Source of the DNA: Octopus vulgaris
Taxonomy: Eukaryota
Length of the DNA: 64,000 bases
Direction of reading: 5' to 3'
Assembly (NCBI GenBank): GCA_951406725.2
Contig: OX597821.1
Location: 56,234,001-56,298,000, forward strand
Numbering within the stretch: position 1 is the stretch's first letter; every line of letters begins with the position of its first letter. Under the pieces are notes generated by a model. It was not told the DNA's origin, did no database searches, and saw only the letters and a list, made by a program, of their open reading frames with translations. Positions 24,794 through 39,180 of this stretch are shown here, piece by piece. A program made the position numbers and the translations under genes.

Positions 24794-27315
24794 TTGTATA
24801 TGTGTGTATGTGTGCGTGTGTGTATAAACACATGGCTTGATATTTGTTATTTTGTGGTTTTATGAATATGTCTGCTCTGATATCTTTCAAGTACACTTAA
24901 CTTATAAAGAACAGCTCATCTCTCAATGTTTAGAGTTTTTCAATGACTACTTTGATTCTGCCAAACCCTCCATACTTATGAAGAGTCTGTTCAAGCTGAT
25001 AAATAGTTAAGTACTCATATGCCTTGTGGCAAAAGTGCGAAAATGTTAGTAACTGCCAATATAATGCATGCAGTAAAAATAATTCTGTGCACTGGGTAGA
25101 ATAGAATTAACATTCTTATTATGTGCAAACAATTTCTTTACTTGCTGTGTATTTTAACTTACTTGCTAGTAAATTAAGAGTTTTGGAAAAAATAATGTCC
25201 TTTCAAATAAAATTAATTATTCGATACCAATAGGCTTTTAAAGATTTCAATACCTATTTGTATTTTTAAAATAATACAGAGGTATTATTTATTTAGGAAA
25301 ACGATATCATGTTCAACTTTGGTACCTGCAGGATGATATATGAATCAGACCTTTGTTAATAGAATTGAAGTTAGCTTGGAAACATTTCTATAAATTCAAT
25401 ATCATGTGTCACCGTGATATACTAGCCGTTCGGTTAAATGTCGAACTCTATGAATAGACTTATGGATAAATTATTCAATTAAGCTACAAATATATAGTTT
25501 TTTTCCGGAGAGAAATTTCCAAACTCACCAGTTAGGGATATCTAGACTAAAACTCGATATGATATTTAGAGTTAAACTTCAGAAAAGAACCCTGTAATAT
25601 TTCAATGTTCTAACTGAGTTACATATATCTGGAATGTGTTAATTCACAATATAATTAAACCGGAAGAGATCGTAATATTTCTTTTACGGTATCCAATGCA
25701 CCGTTGCAGAATTTACTTTTTATAGATCAACAAATAGTTCGAAACTAATTTGTGTTTAATAGTATTCGATACTTTTTCTTTTCTTTTTTTTACATAGATT
25801 GTACATAGATTGACAGGGTGTAACAGCTCTGTACAGTTAGCAATTTGCAAATAGCATTAATAACTGAAGAAAAGTAAATTCGATTTGAATAGGAGCTGAA
25901 AATAATTGGAAGCAACACGCCTCGTATTTTTTCCTATATGTAGCTCTCCACGATAAAAAACGCAATTTTAATTCCTTCTGTCATACCTTAGTTCCAAGAA
26001 AAGACTGCAGAGTCTTCGCAATTTTGAGACTATTAATCAAACTAGAAGGACGAAAGGCACATGAACAGGACGATGCTTCTATGGAAAGTGACACCAATAA
26101 ATACTGTAAACGTGTAAATTCTGCCACTCACTTATCACGACCTCTTATTAAATACTTCATCATTTCCGAACATGTCTGCTTCATGTTTGACATCACCAGC
26201 AGAGACACATAGCACTTATATAGTGACAAATATCTGAGATTCGTCTCTAGAAAGTCAAGGATTGTCTGTCAGAAGTACTAGCATTTAGTACACAATTCAT
26301 AATCTAACTTCATCAATCGATACAAAATCTGTTAAGCAAATTATAGATAATAAAAATAGACACAGTAACACCTGCCCCTCTATTAATATACGGCAATAAG
26401 TTTCTAATCGACCTTTCTTCATACTTTCTTTGTGATATCAACCACAAAAGAGATAAACACATAGAGTTAGATTGATTTCTTTTGAACAAGTTTCTCGTAT
26501 TCGATAAATCTTTTGTACAGAATTTTTGTTATAACATCTAAAACAATGTAAGCTATATCATTGTCATAATTAGAAAATGATGTACCCCAAATAATACATA
26601 TTTTATTTCAAAGTATCAAAAAAATGAAATAGAAAATAGCTATCCATTATCATTTCTCTACCATATATAGGCGAATGTGAAAATGAGCAACACTTGAGCT
26701 ATCAGGTAGCGACAAAGATATAGTTTCCAGTTGATGCTGTTTCATTTATGTTATAAATTATTCAAACGGAAACTTCATTTCTCCATTTCCATCGCATACA
26801 GCAGATTAATAAATAACATAAGATAAACAAGTAAATGGTCATGCCGGTGCCAGCATACTTATTCCTGAGAACCAACAAAAAGTTTTTGAAAAAATGTTAC
26901 AGATTTTGTGAGCAGAAAGAAGCAACATGTATCTTTCATTCTCTCAGGGTTAATGAATAAATTACGAATCCAGAACGTTAAGACGAGAAACATCGCAGTA
27001 TATGATCCAGCGTTACGCGTTCTGAGTTTAAATCTCGCCATTTCTGACTAGAAAGACAATCCTTCTTCTGTTAGATGTTGCGACTGACAAACATTAACGG
27101 TAACAGAGAAATAAACTTTTGGTTTGATTGGAATATCGGGAGCTATGACCTCTTTGGTTAATTACAAATAGATAGTTGTTAATGCGGTCAGGAATGGGTC
27201 TGATAGCGGTAGTACGGTAATAACTTCAACAGCTTTCAAACATATTATACTATCTATTAGACTATCAAAATATAGCCTTAGCAAATACTACTAGGCACAG
27301 ATGACTTTATATGCA

Positions 27316-27387
<72 letters not shown>

Positions 27388-27456
27388 TACATATATGTTT
27401 ATTGTTTGTATATATATATATGTTTATATATATATATATCTTTATTGTTTATTTAC

Positions 27457-27502
<46 letters not shown>

Positions 27503-28124
27503 CACACAACACACACACACAGAGTCAACAGGTGAGATCCAGAGATGCTCAATGTAGAAAGCACGTAGCAGCGCTCAAATGATTTGAACTTACACTCCAA
27601 AGTCTTTACCAAGGTCTAAGTCCACGGGATAAAGAGTTGATATAGTAGGAATCCAGGTGAGCTGTTCTCTCACACTCGGTCCACATCCCTTTTCTCACAC
27701 TCGTTCCACATTACTTTTCTCTCACATTCACTCCCATCTTGCTTTTCTCTCACGCCACATTGCTTTTCTCTATGATGTAGGCAAGTCACATCAATTTGCA
27801 AAAATCAAAATCATGTTATACCCTCGGTTTGATAGAAGTTTGCCAACTTCGTTACAGCATTTGTTAGTATTATTTTTTTGATTTCATAGATCGAACACAA
27901 ATTTATAGGCGAAGTAGATTATAGAAAGTATTGTCTTCCGGGTACATATGACACCAGTTTTAGAAATGCAGTTGACAGAAACCAAAAGAAGCTGACCTTC
28001 AAAATTGTTTGAACGCAGTGTATAAGGCTTAACAAAAGACATTTAGAAAGTTAGGCTACAGTTTTTTTCCTCACCCTCGCACTTGCGTGAATTTTATCTT
28101 TTTTTTTTCTTCTGTTTCACCTTG

Positions 28125-28335
28125 CTTCAGTCATTACACTACGGCAATGCTGAAGCAAGGCCATGGAGAATATTTAGTTGAATGTATCAACCCCAGTACT
28201 TATTGTTTTAAAGCCTGCTACATATTCTATCGGGAATTTTGGTTGAACCACTAAGTTACGCGGATATAAGCACACCAGCACCGGTTGTCCGGCGGTGGGG
28301 GCGGACAAACACACACACAACGACACTCACACAGA

Positions 28336-28382
<47 letters not shown>

Positions 28383-28590
28383 AAGTATATATATATGTGT
28401 TTATGTGTGTGTATGTATGTATATATATATATACATATACACGACCAGCTTCTTTCAGTTTACGTCTACCAAATCCACTCACAAGTCTTTGGTTGGCCCG
28501 ATCCTATAGTAGAAGACACCTGTCGAAAGTGTCGCGCAGTGAGATTGAACCTGGACCCATATGACTGGGAAGCAGCCACGCCTGCACCTA
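28125..28590 (-). mobile_element. SINE family B, diverged
   Basis: ttcagtcatt...gcaccggttgtc...ctttcagtttacgtctaccaaatccactcacaag...cagccacgcctgcacc. Confidence 0.8.
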
Positions 28591-29114
28591 CTGGAGATAA
28601 ACGTTTTAGAAAATAGCCAAGTAGTCTAGATCGGAAAGATTTTAAATTTTGAATAGGTGGGACCGGAAGTAATTATTGCAGAGTATTTAGTTCGATGCTG
28701 TACTACGTTGGACCTCATGTATAAAAAAAATGTACATTGAAAATTATACGTATTTACAATAGGAACCATATTGAAAGAATCATATCACCTTAACAGGCGG
28801 AAGTACTTTCCTTTAATATACATCTTCAACGCTTTGAAGAAAAATAGGAATTTTAAAAAAAACTATTTTGCGACTTATTTAAGCATCAGGTAAATGAAAC
28901 ATGTCTTTTAAGGTTTTTAAAACTTTACGTTGTACTGAATTTGTCCATTAATGATTATTTATATAAGTAGAAAAGAAAATATTTCATCTAACATTCATAG
29001 AATTAAAAAGAATTTTATGAATGTAAGAGAATTGCAGCGATACGTTAGCTCAGCTACTTAATTCTTGCCATCTTACAACGGCGATCATTTATGAAATTAA
29101 TAAATATTACTTAC

Positions 29115-29206
29115 TTGTAAGCTAGGAAAATAATAATAGCTGGTCCCAAGAACAATATTGAGGCAGCATTCATGAAAATATTCACAAGGACAATGGTTTT
29201 GACATC
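29115..29206 (-). CDS. Class B1 GPCR exon C: TM1
   Basis: gttcgttttacag| ... AA|gtaagt; 92 nt, phase 0 to 2. Encodes DVKTIVLVNIFMNAASILFLGPAIIIFLAY(K), a typical TM1 ending IFxxY/FK. Confidence 0.9.
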
Positions 29207-29280
29207 CTGTAAAACGAACAAGTGATACAAGTTTTAATTTTTATCTCTCTCACTCAACTGATATCACATACCCATTACTG

Positions 29281-29366
<86 letters not shown>

Positions 29367-29823
29367 GTGTGTGTGTGTGTGTGAGTACATATATACATTC
29401 GTACATACATATATGTATAGACATATATATAAGAATAAATACACATACACACACACGCACACACACATATATTCTTTCGAATTTGTCTGAATGTGTATAG
29501 AATAATATATCATAAATAACTTTAATGAAGTTAAAACATGCTGTGGTTTTCACGGTTTTTATTATGGTATTTTAGCATTAAAAAAATTATTTTGTAATGC
29601 ACATAAAGTTAAATTAGCGCTTTCATACATTGAATAATCATCAATTTAACTAGCAGTTGAGTTTTTGACAACTTTAGTAACTCTTAGAACGCTCAAACAA
29701 GCTGAATTTTAAGAATACATTTTTGACCAATCCGCATGCAGGTCAAGCATCACGGTTTGCCAGGCGTACCGATATTCTCAGGTTTTAACATTTTAATAAA
29801 CCGTTTTTCTTTTATATGTATAT

Positions 29824-30330
<507 letters not shown>

Positions 30331-30331
30331 G

Positions 30332-30491
<160 letters not shown>

Positions 30492-30506
30492 GTATATATA
30501 TATATG

Positions 30507-30589
<83 letters not shown>

Positions 30590-30590
<1 letters not shown>

Positions 30591-30965
30591 CTATATATAA
30601 ACGGCAGTTTGTCTGTGTGTGTTTCTGTGTGTCTGTTTGGTTGTACCCTCACCCTGACCACTGCTTTCAACCGATTCTGATGAAACTTGACACACACATA
30701 GTCCAATGTCATAATTCAAAACTAACGCAGCGAAAATTTTGAAAAGTTCCCCCAGTTCTGAAAAAATCGATAAATTCGACATGGGGTCTAGAATCAGAAA
30801 CACAAACCACAGACTGTCTAGTGGACGCAACTCGACCTTTTTTAACTCTCAAAAAAATTTACCATCATTTTTTTCCATTTTTTTGCTATTTTTTGGCTAT
30901 AACTCTCTAAAAATGCTTTATAGTTATTTCCTTACAAACCTGAGCAACGCCGGGCGATATGCTAG
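30590..30965 (+). mobile_element. Non-autonomous Helitron-like element, copy 2 (head-to-head with copy 1)
   Basis: 5' TCTATATATAAACGGCAG; 3' gcaacgccgggcgatatgCTAG. Confidence 0.75.
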
Positions 30966-31629
30966 ATATATATATATATATATATAATACATATATGTGT
31001 GTATATCATATATATTGTAATTAATCTCTATGAGGAAGGGAATATTATAGTGGAAACGAAAAGCGAAGAAAGGTGTAATGAGTCGTGAACCCAATATTTC
31101 AATTTTCAGAAAGACAGATGCGATGGGGGAGAGAGAGAGAGAGAGAGAGATAATATGATGTGGGCTCCCGTATAATGATCACTCCATCTTCCAACAGGAT
31201 GTATCTTTGCAGGTATATTTACCAATATACTCACACTGAGGTAATTGCACGAAACTGATCTATATAAATCCACACACACACACACACACACACATACACA
31301 CACATACACATACACAAACACACACACACATGCACGCACACAACAAACACAGTTACACACGCCCGCACTTACATCTTACATTCTAGGAAACATAAGGTAT
31401 GAGAGCTCATGTGGCCTTTCTCTTGTTTTCTTTGAAAATGTCAGCCAGTATACAAACATGCATGCATACATACATACAGGCATACATACATACATACATA
31501 CATACATACATACATACATACATACATACATACATACATACATACATACATACATACATACACACATACATACATACATGCATACATACATACATACATA
31601 CATACATACATACATACATACTTACATAA

Positions 31630-32320
31630 AATATGGTAGAAGCCATAGCCATTCATAATAAAAAAGAATACTGGTGGAATTTCCCAGTGAAGATCTCAAT
31701 AAACTGTAAGCACAACAGACCTGATATAATGAGTTGGGATAGAGAAGAGAAACTGTGCACAGCTGTGGAAATTTGCTGCCTAGTGGATGTTAACATAAAG
31801 CTGAAGATTAGTGAAAAAGAGAACACCTATGATGAACTATCGAGAAATCTGCAGTTACTCTATTCAGATTACGAGTTCAGATTTATACCTGTTATTATTG
31901 AGGCTTTGGGATATGCAACACACTTCCTAAATACCAATCTTGAGAAATTAGGCTTCTCAAAACTAGAAAGGAGAAAGCTAATTGGAAGACTACATATCTA
32001 ATCCATAACTGGAGCTGTAAAAATCTGTAAACCTTTCCTGAAGTTTATCATTTAAATGAATATGAGCATGTCTAGATTTGCAACTCTATGCATGAGAATA
32101 CATATATAAAACAAGCAAATCTGCACATGCATACACACATACATTCATACATTGATACCTGCATACATACATACATACATACATACATACATACATACAT
32201 ACATACAAACATACCTTGTTGTTGATATTGAAATTCGAATGAAGGTGCCTTGGATCTAGGTTAGAAACCGGTCCTTTCTCTATTGGCAAGAATTCTTGAA
32301 ATAAACTGAATAATAACATA
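31630..32320 (+). mobile_element. REL-endonuclease LINE 3' fragment embedded in (CATA)n
   Basis: EYWWNFPVK...HNRPDIMSWDREEKLCTAVEICC...FIPVIIEALG is a PD-(D/E)xK REL domain; followed by 3' UTR and (CATA)n. Confidence 0.8.
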
Positions 32321-32732
32321 CATACATGCATGCATACATACATACATACATACATACATACATACATACATACATACATACATACATACATACATACATA
32401 CATACATACATACATACATACATACATACATGCGTGAATGCCTGCATAGATATTGTCACAGAATTCCCCGTCGTAAGACAACTTTAGAGGTCTCTGCAAT
32501 TTCTTGCTGAACAACCACATAACCGCTTTGCTATAATTGTTTGTGTTCACATAGCGAGACCTCGCTCTCTCTATCATATCACCATTAACTGTACTGGTGA
32601 ATGACGTGCCACATGTCATATGATGAAATGATCACAGAACATTGTAAGTTGAAGTGTTTTGCTCAAGAACACAACGCAATGCCCTGTCTGCTTACACACG
32701 CACACACATTCACACACGCACATATTTATAAT

Positions 32733-32813
<81 letters not shown>

Positions 32814-34204
32814 GTGTGTGTATGTATGTTCGTGTACGTGTGTGAGAAATCATTATTTTGTTTCTATTATTAAACAAAACATCACACTTTTGCTTTTCTA
32901 TTTATCAATCTGATGTAATGTGAAAGCATATAACACTGACAAATAGAGAAATCCCTTTTGTGTAGAGGCAGTTTTGAAGGCTTTATCACATTCAACATCA
33001 TCAGGGCTACTTTCAGCCTTTGCGAATCGACCGAATTCTGCTATAAAGTGATTGCTTTTGCAGAAGGCTTGAACGAATAGCTTAAGGAAACTTATGCTCG
33101 GCTTATTGTTGTTAGTGTAACTCAAACTCTATTCTACTGTTGTAGCAAAATAGAATTTTTAAAAAATGTAACACAGGTTGAATAATTACTAATGATTTTA
33201 AATCAGTACATTTCATACTAACCCCAGGGTTAATTAAACCATAGTAACGGACAGGATCTTAATTTGGACTTTCATCAACATACTTTAGTAGTCATCGTAC
33301 CACCACTGATAGTTTTACAGCATTCAACTCCAGCATTGTGCCTCTCTTAACATTAGACCATATCGCAACTCACAAAATCATTAACTACATCTTGTTCGTA
33401 CGTAAGGATATTCTTTCTGTACCTGCTGATTCCTAGCTCAGTTCAGTATCACCAAACATCCAGCCGTTGTTTCTATTCAATTTTATTTGTACTGCTTATT
33501 CAAACATGTCAGATTTAACCAACTTTAAAAGATTATAGTGAAGTATCACGACTACATTTTGAAATTTGTGTGTCCAGAACATTAAAAACTGTCGAACGAC
33601 TGAAATCATTATTACATTTCTAAACTATTTTCATGTTTATTACAGATAAAATAAGTAACCAGTGTGTACAATTACATACACTCTCATGCACATATACACA
33701 TGCTGATTCCATATTCTTTTCATATTACTAGTAGTCATAGAGAAAATATATAACATATAGTTGTTGAGTTTAGTTTCAGAAAACGAAACATATTTTCACT
33801 CGTTAGTTATTGAAATGTGTCATGTATATAAGTACATTCAAATATAAAAATAATGTATTGGTATCTGATTAAATGATAAATGCCGAAGAGTATTATCAAC
33901 GTTGGTGTGCATATTATCCAGTCAACACTTGGAAACCATCTACATTATAACATCTGTTGGTGACGCTAGGCGCAAGTAAATGGCGAAACGCATTTTTAAA
34001 AGAAACAATGTACTTTATATAATGGAACTGAATGTATCGAATATGTATATCAATTATATAAATATAACATGACACTTTTTGTCTTGTGAAACAACGTTAT
34101 TTTTATTCTTCTATATGCAATACTAAGAAATATGAATGTATTATGTTTATTTGAGTTCTGAGGTAATATTTTCGTTGCGTCAGCGAAGTAGTTATAGGTA
34201 TCAA

Positions 34205-34312
34205 CAATACTGATTTCAAATTTTGGCACAAGGCCAACAATTTCTTGAAAAGCGGAGAAATCGATTACATGGACCTCAGTGTTCAACTGGTACTTATTTT
34301 ATCGACTTCGGT
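34205..34312 (-). mobile_element. SINE family A 3' fragment
   Basis: tttggcacaaggcc...tcgattacat...caactggtacttattttatcgac. Confidence 0.65.
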
Positions 34313-34599
34313 ATTATCGTTATCAAAAATATTAATTACTGTTAAGTGATTTAATAATACATTTAGATAGTGGTATTTATGTGAATAAATTGCACTCATG
34401 CTGTTCAGGTATTCTAAGCGTAATGATATTTTGCATGGTTCCCATTGATACTGGAAGATTTCTGGCAACCCTGGAGTGTATGCTAACCAATCATTTCTAA
34501 GAATGGAGCTGCGTTATATTGACCCAAATATGCAGAATGCTTCAAAAATTATTTTAGCATGAATACAAACCACCTAAACACCGTGGCCAGTTCACGTTC

Positions 34600-35505
34600 C
34601 GTCTACGCCTCTTTAACCAACACATTTCACCTCACAACATCCTTAACACACCTACACCTTTCATCACTTTCTATTGATGGTGTGGCCCTTTTGAAGATAG
34701 TAAATAAACACAAAACCTTTTGCATCCCATAAAACTGAGGCGATCATCTTCCCTGCAGATGAAACGACATTCGCCTTCTTTGAAGAAGGTGAGGAAGGGT
34801 GTTTCCACAGTAAGGATTGTCTCTATTTTCTCTGGCTCAAACTGATGAACCCAACATTCATCCTGGGTTAGGAAACGTTCAAGAAAACCAGCTGGATCTG
34901 CCTGAACCAATGTCAGCTGTTCCCGTGATGTATTCAGCCTGATCAAGTCTCAGAAGACTTGGCAACCACTGAACAGAGACCTTCGCTTCGTCATGCCAGC
35001 GTCATTCAGAAAAATATTCTCAACTTTCTCTCGCTATACTAAATAGCGATGGCTATTCGACTTATAGCCAATTACCTGCCATCCATCGCTATGTGACAAA
35101 CACGATCAATATTTTACTCGGTGGTGACAGTTGCAAGACGTCCAGAACTTGGGTCATATTCAAGACACTCCCTTCCCCGCTAAAATTCAGTTGCCCATTT
35201 TTGCACTGTTGATAAAGCTGAAGTGTTATCGCCTAATGTAGCAACCACGTCAGTATGAATGTAATTGGGTGCTAAACCCTTTTTTTCTGTAGATAATTAA
35301 TAACGTCATAATGCAGATTTTGTCGATTTTCAAGAGACTTCACCACTAGTTACTTTTGTAGTCTTCCTTGAACAGTCAGATGTCATTTTACGTGGAATGA
35401 AACAATGCACTTATTAATAAGAAAAGTTGAAAGTATATGTATGATTTCCCAGCTCCAACGTCACTCTTTCACAGTCAGTGTATGAACTTTTTAACCCACC
35501 GTCGT
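34600..35505 (-). mobile_element. Mariner (DD34D-type) transposon remnant
   Basis: FLERFLTQDECWVHQFEPE mariner motif; TIR-like cgacggtgggttaaaaagttcatacactga at the minus-strand 5' end; many stops. Confidence 0.75.
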
Positions 35506-36469
35506 TTTAAATTTGAGATACATCAACAAATGGAGCCCACGTGGAGGTTTTCTGATGTTTCTAACAAAGGTGTATTTGTTTGCCAATGTTTTCCAATAAA
35601 TTCTGCAGAGTGATCTTTGTCTTTCATTTTTTCTTTCTGAATTTTTCATATCGTAAAGGTAATTTATGGACAACCTGTATGTATATCGATAAAATTTATT
35701 TTAACAAAATACAAAGAATGAAATTTTATCTCACATAAATGCCTAAAAACATCTATATGTATATATATATGGTGTTTTCACCCAAATCGGAGACAAACAT
35801 TTTCCCTCCATGTAATTGGCTCGAAAAATTGTTAAGACATTAAGATATTTTTCTTAACTTGAAACCAATGGTAGCCTTAATACATAAATAAAGAAATTTT
35901 ATCCACCAATGCTATGTTGAGTACTCATTATCGTGGTTCGACATTTACGTATATATATATATATATAGGGGTATAAAGACAAAAGAACAGGAATTTTATA
36001 TCTAGCCAGATACCTTACAAGCTCTGTTGAAATACAGATTTGGGCATACCATATTAAATATTGATAAACATTTGGAATCGTGTAGAATTAACAATTGCAG
36101 CTGTACGCCTTCGATTGCTAAATCCTGAGTTCGCTTCCAAGAATTTCACGTAAAATGCTGGACCATATCAGAAAGGCATAAATTATACAATGAAAAATTA
36201 TACATCTCCATTATAACTTTCTAATCTATTCATCCATCCATCCATACACGCACACGCACACACTCACACATACACACACACAGACACAGACGCACACACA
36301 CACAAACATGCACACACACGCATATCAGAAATTATATGTACAAGTAGATGCACTACCGCTCCTGTTATGATTGCAGATTCACATAGAAGTTTATAATGTA
36401 GTCTGTTTTCTGTATAGTTGTTCATCACCTAACATACTGACGACTATTTTCCGTTATAAGCTACAAAGC

Positions 36470-37060
36470 AAAATCAGCAAATGATAAGGATAAACTTAAA
36501 TTTATATTAAAGTTCCTACACATTCTGTTTCACTGTTATTGCTGTTTGGAGCCCTGCGATAGATGTTACAATCGCATATAGATACATAGATACTCGACCA
36601 CAACGGATCCTCAGAGTGACTCGGTTCAACAGAAATGGTACTGTTGGTGACTGATGGAACAAAACCACTACTCCCTAGAGAGAGCGCGTGAAAGTTATGC
36701 AGTGATCTCTATATAGAACATCCTGGAAGGTCTAGTTCTCAATTTTGAAATTAAAAGCTATATCAATCCCCGAATGGATGGCACTACATAGCAGAAACAG
36801 AGTTTTCTTCATCTACTGACCCACTACTGTAACAAATTGGGTTTCAAAGGTCCACAACTATTTAACATTCTGCCAAGCAGAGTCAAAAACGTGCGAGTTA
36901 TAGATGTGAAAGTCTTTAAATAAGTTTTATCTAATATAGCAGATGAACCCACATCACTGCAGGAGGCACAAAAAATAACAATTCCGTCCAACTCGCTACT
37001 TCACAAGAAGCATTACAGCAGAGAAACCTAATCACACTGAAAGGCGGTACCCTATCAGAG
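36470..37060 (+). mobile_element. CR1-clade (Zenon-like) LINE 3' remnant
   Basis: SLERARESYAVISI*NILEGLV and FKGPQLFNILP resemble the SLQRRRERY...ILEGLVPN and GPxLFNxLP C-terminal motifs. Confidence 0.6.
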
Positions 37061-37240
37061 CGTCCGCCTCTACTTTAAATTAGCAAAAGATAATAGATCA
37101 TATATATATATAGCTTATAAAATAAGGGCAAAAGAAAAATTATAATGCCAAATATGCGGAAAATAGACAAAGTATCAATAACCTTTATAATTTATGCCTC
37201 TCAAAACAAGCCGATAGAAATTTCTAAAAAATTCCGTTAT

Positions 37241-37299
37241 TACCGTATTGGTCCCAATTTCAGAGTTAATTCATGAGAATTTTCTCCTCCTCAGCGATA
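37241..37299 (-). ncRNA. Putative type I hammerhead ribozyme (Penelope-like retroelement type)
   Basis: Minus strand reads uaucg-CUGAGGA-ggag aa aauuc ucau gaauu aa cucu-GAA-Auugg ga ccaaU-A-cggua. The catalytic core is intact, stems I/II/III pair, and the cleavage triplet is AUA. Confidence 0.65.
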
Positions 37300-37651
37300 A
37301 ATACGTAGGACATAAATGAAATACTTACTCATACTCATATATATATATATATATACATATATACATATATATATGTATATATGAGAGGAAGTGTGCGTGT
37401 GTGCGTGTGTGTGTGTGTTTATATATATACGTTGAATTAAATTCTGTTAAACGATTTTTGAAATGGATAAGTGTCGCAACTTCACGTTTCCTTTCTAATA
37501 GAACATAGATCTTTTGTTACAAGTAATATTTCCAGTATTTTACAGTGTTTTTGAAAAATGAAGTAAAACGGATCGCTGACATAATTTACTTCCATAAAAA
37601 CCTGTTTATTGTAAGAAACTCTGGAGTGAAATAGGTGAATTCGGTTAGGTA

Positions 37652-39180
37652 ATTTCACATACACAAAAGTGAAATAACTCCCTGATCATGTCACGTTAGT
37701 TTAAAGAAACTGTTATTTTTCTAAGGTTGCAGTCTATTCTATATTCTGTAATCTCTCATATTCTAATGAACTGTTACCCGACCATTTACGTGTATTAGAC
37801 CAGCATCCGAATTAAATACTATTTAATAGGACTAAAGAATCGTTAACATTTTTAGATACGTCGCATTCGTTACTGATGTTTTCTAAAAAAAAAAAAACGC
37901 CTTCACGTATATCACAGAAACCCATTGGTCCTGTACTTAATAAAACAAACATATTTATCGATTATCTTTCTTAGGCACTGTGCTTTAAAAAAAAATCACA
38001 TTATTTTTGGTTCACTAATTATGCCTCTCATTCATGAACTGAATACATCAATTGTTTTCCTGGTATCAAGTAATCCTTTTACTTTCGTACGATTTCTGTG
38101 CACATTATTTGCTTACAACATTTGAAAATGGCTTTCAACTTTAAAGAAATGCCAACACATCTCTAAAATGCGATTTAGAATGATAAAATGATAAATGTCT
38201 GTAGGAACAACAGGAGCACATAGAACCAGTGCTTAGTTCGGAATTCTGTTACTTTAAGTGGCTAAGCCATAAATCTAGTCTATCTTGGGTAACATATGCA
38301 ATAGATCTTGTATCTATATCGCTCATAGATTAATTACGTATCCTGCTCAGAGAAAAAACAATACAGCTACAGCGAAGATGTGGTGGCTGTCCAATACATC
38401 ATGCAATTGCCATACCTAAATTTGCAATATATATTTTATCTGTCATCTGTTTCACTGTCATTACAGATAACTCGTTGTTCTTTACTCCTACAACACACAC
38501 ACTCTCTCTCTCTCTTCCTCTAATTCTCTTCAATTCATCTTCACAGTTCCTCTCTATCTTTCACTCTTCCTTTCAATCCCATTACGTATCTCTCAATCTT
38601 CTTCATTTTCTTTCTGTATCTATTTGACTGTATGATTGTGTCTTGTCCACTCTCTCACAGTTCTTGTCATTTTGTTTTATATCTTTCAGATTGTTCAAAT
38701 GATATTTTGAAATATTTACTTTTCCAAATGGAGTAAACGTGTTCTACTTACCTCTAGCTTGTTTAGAAAACATACTGTGTAGTCAGTCCAGGGTCTTTTA
38801 GTGATCGGATGTAACTCCCATGTTCCATTCACACTGCAGTCTTTGGTCACCAGAAGATTGTCTGTAAATAATAAAGAACAAACATTTAACTACTATTTAT
38901 AGTAAGGATTACATAATCAGCTTCACCAACGAGTATAACCAACTGATTGTAAAATAGTGATTTTCAAACGAATTTGAACCACTTCGTATTTGACTCTTCT
39001 ACTCACTAGTGCACTCTACTGAAAAATGTGAATTGATTTCATCCCATGGTCCAGAAATATTAGGTAGTTGAGATAAAAATACAATCTCGATTTCACATAC
39101 ACAAAATTGAAATAACTCTCTGATCATGTCATGTTAGTTTAAAGAAACTGTAATTTTTCTAAGGTTGCAGTCTATTCTAT
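37652..39180. repeat. 91-bp direct repeat (37652-37742 and 39090-39180) flanking GPCR exon B
   Basis: atttcacatacacaaaa...ctaaggttgcagtctattctat occurs twice, with 4 mismatches. Confidence 0.9.
38752..38861 (-). CDS. Class B1 GPCR exon B: second half of the HRM domain
   Basis: ctttattatttacag| ... GAG|gtaagt; 110 nt. The phase 1 join gives (D)NLLVTKDCSVNGTWELHPITKRPWTDYTVCFLNKLE, containing the CxxNGxW and WTDYxxC motifs. Confidence 0.93.
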
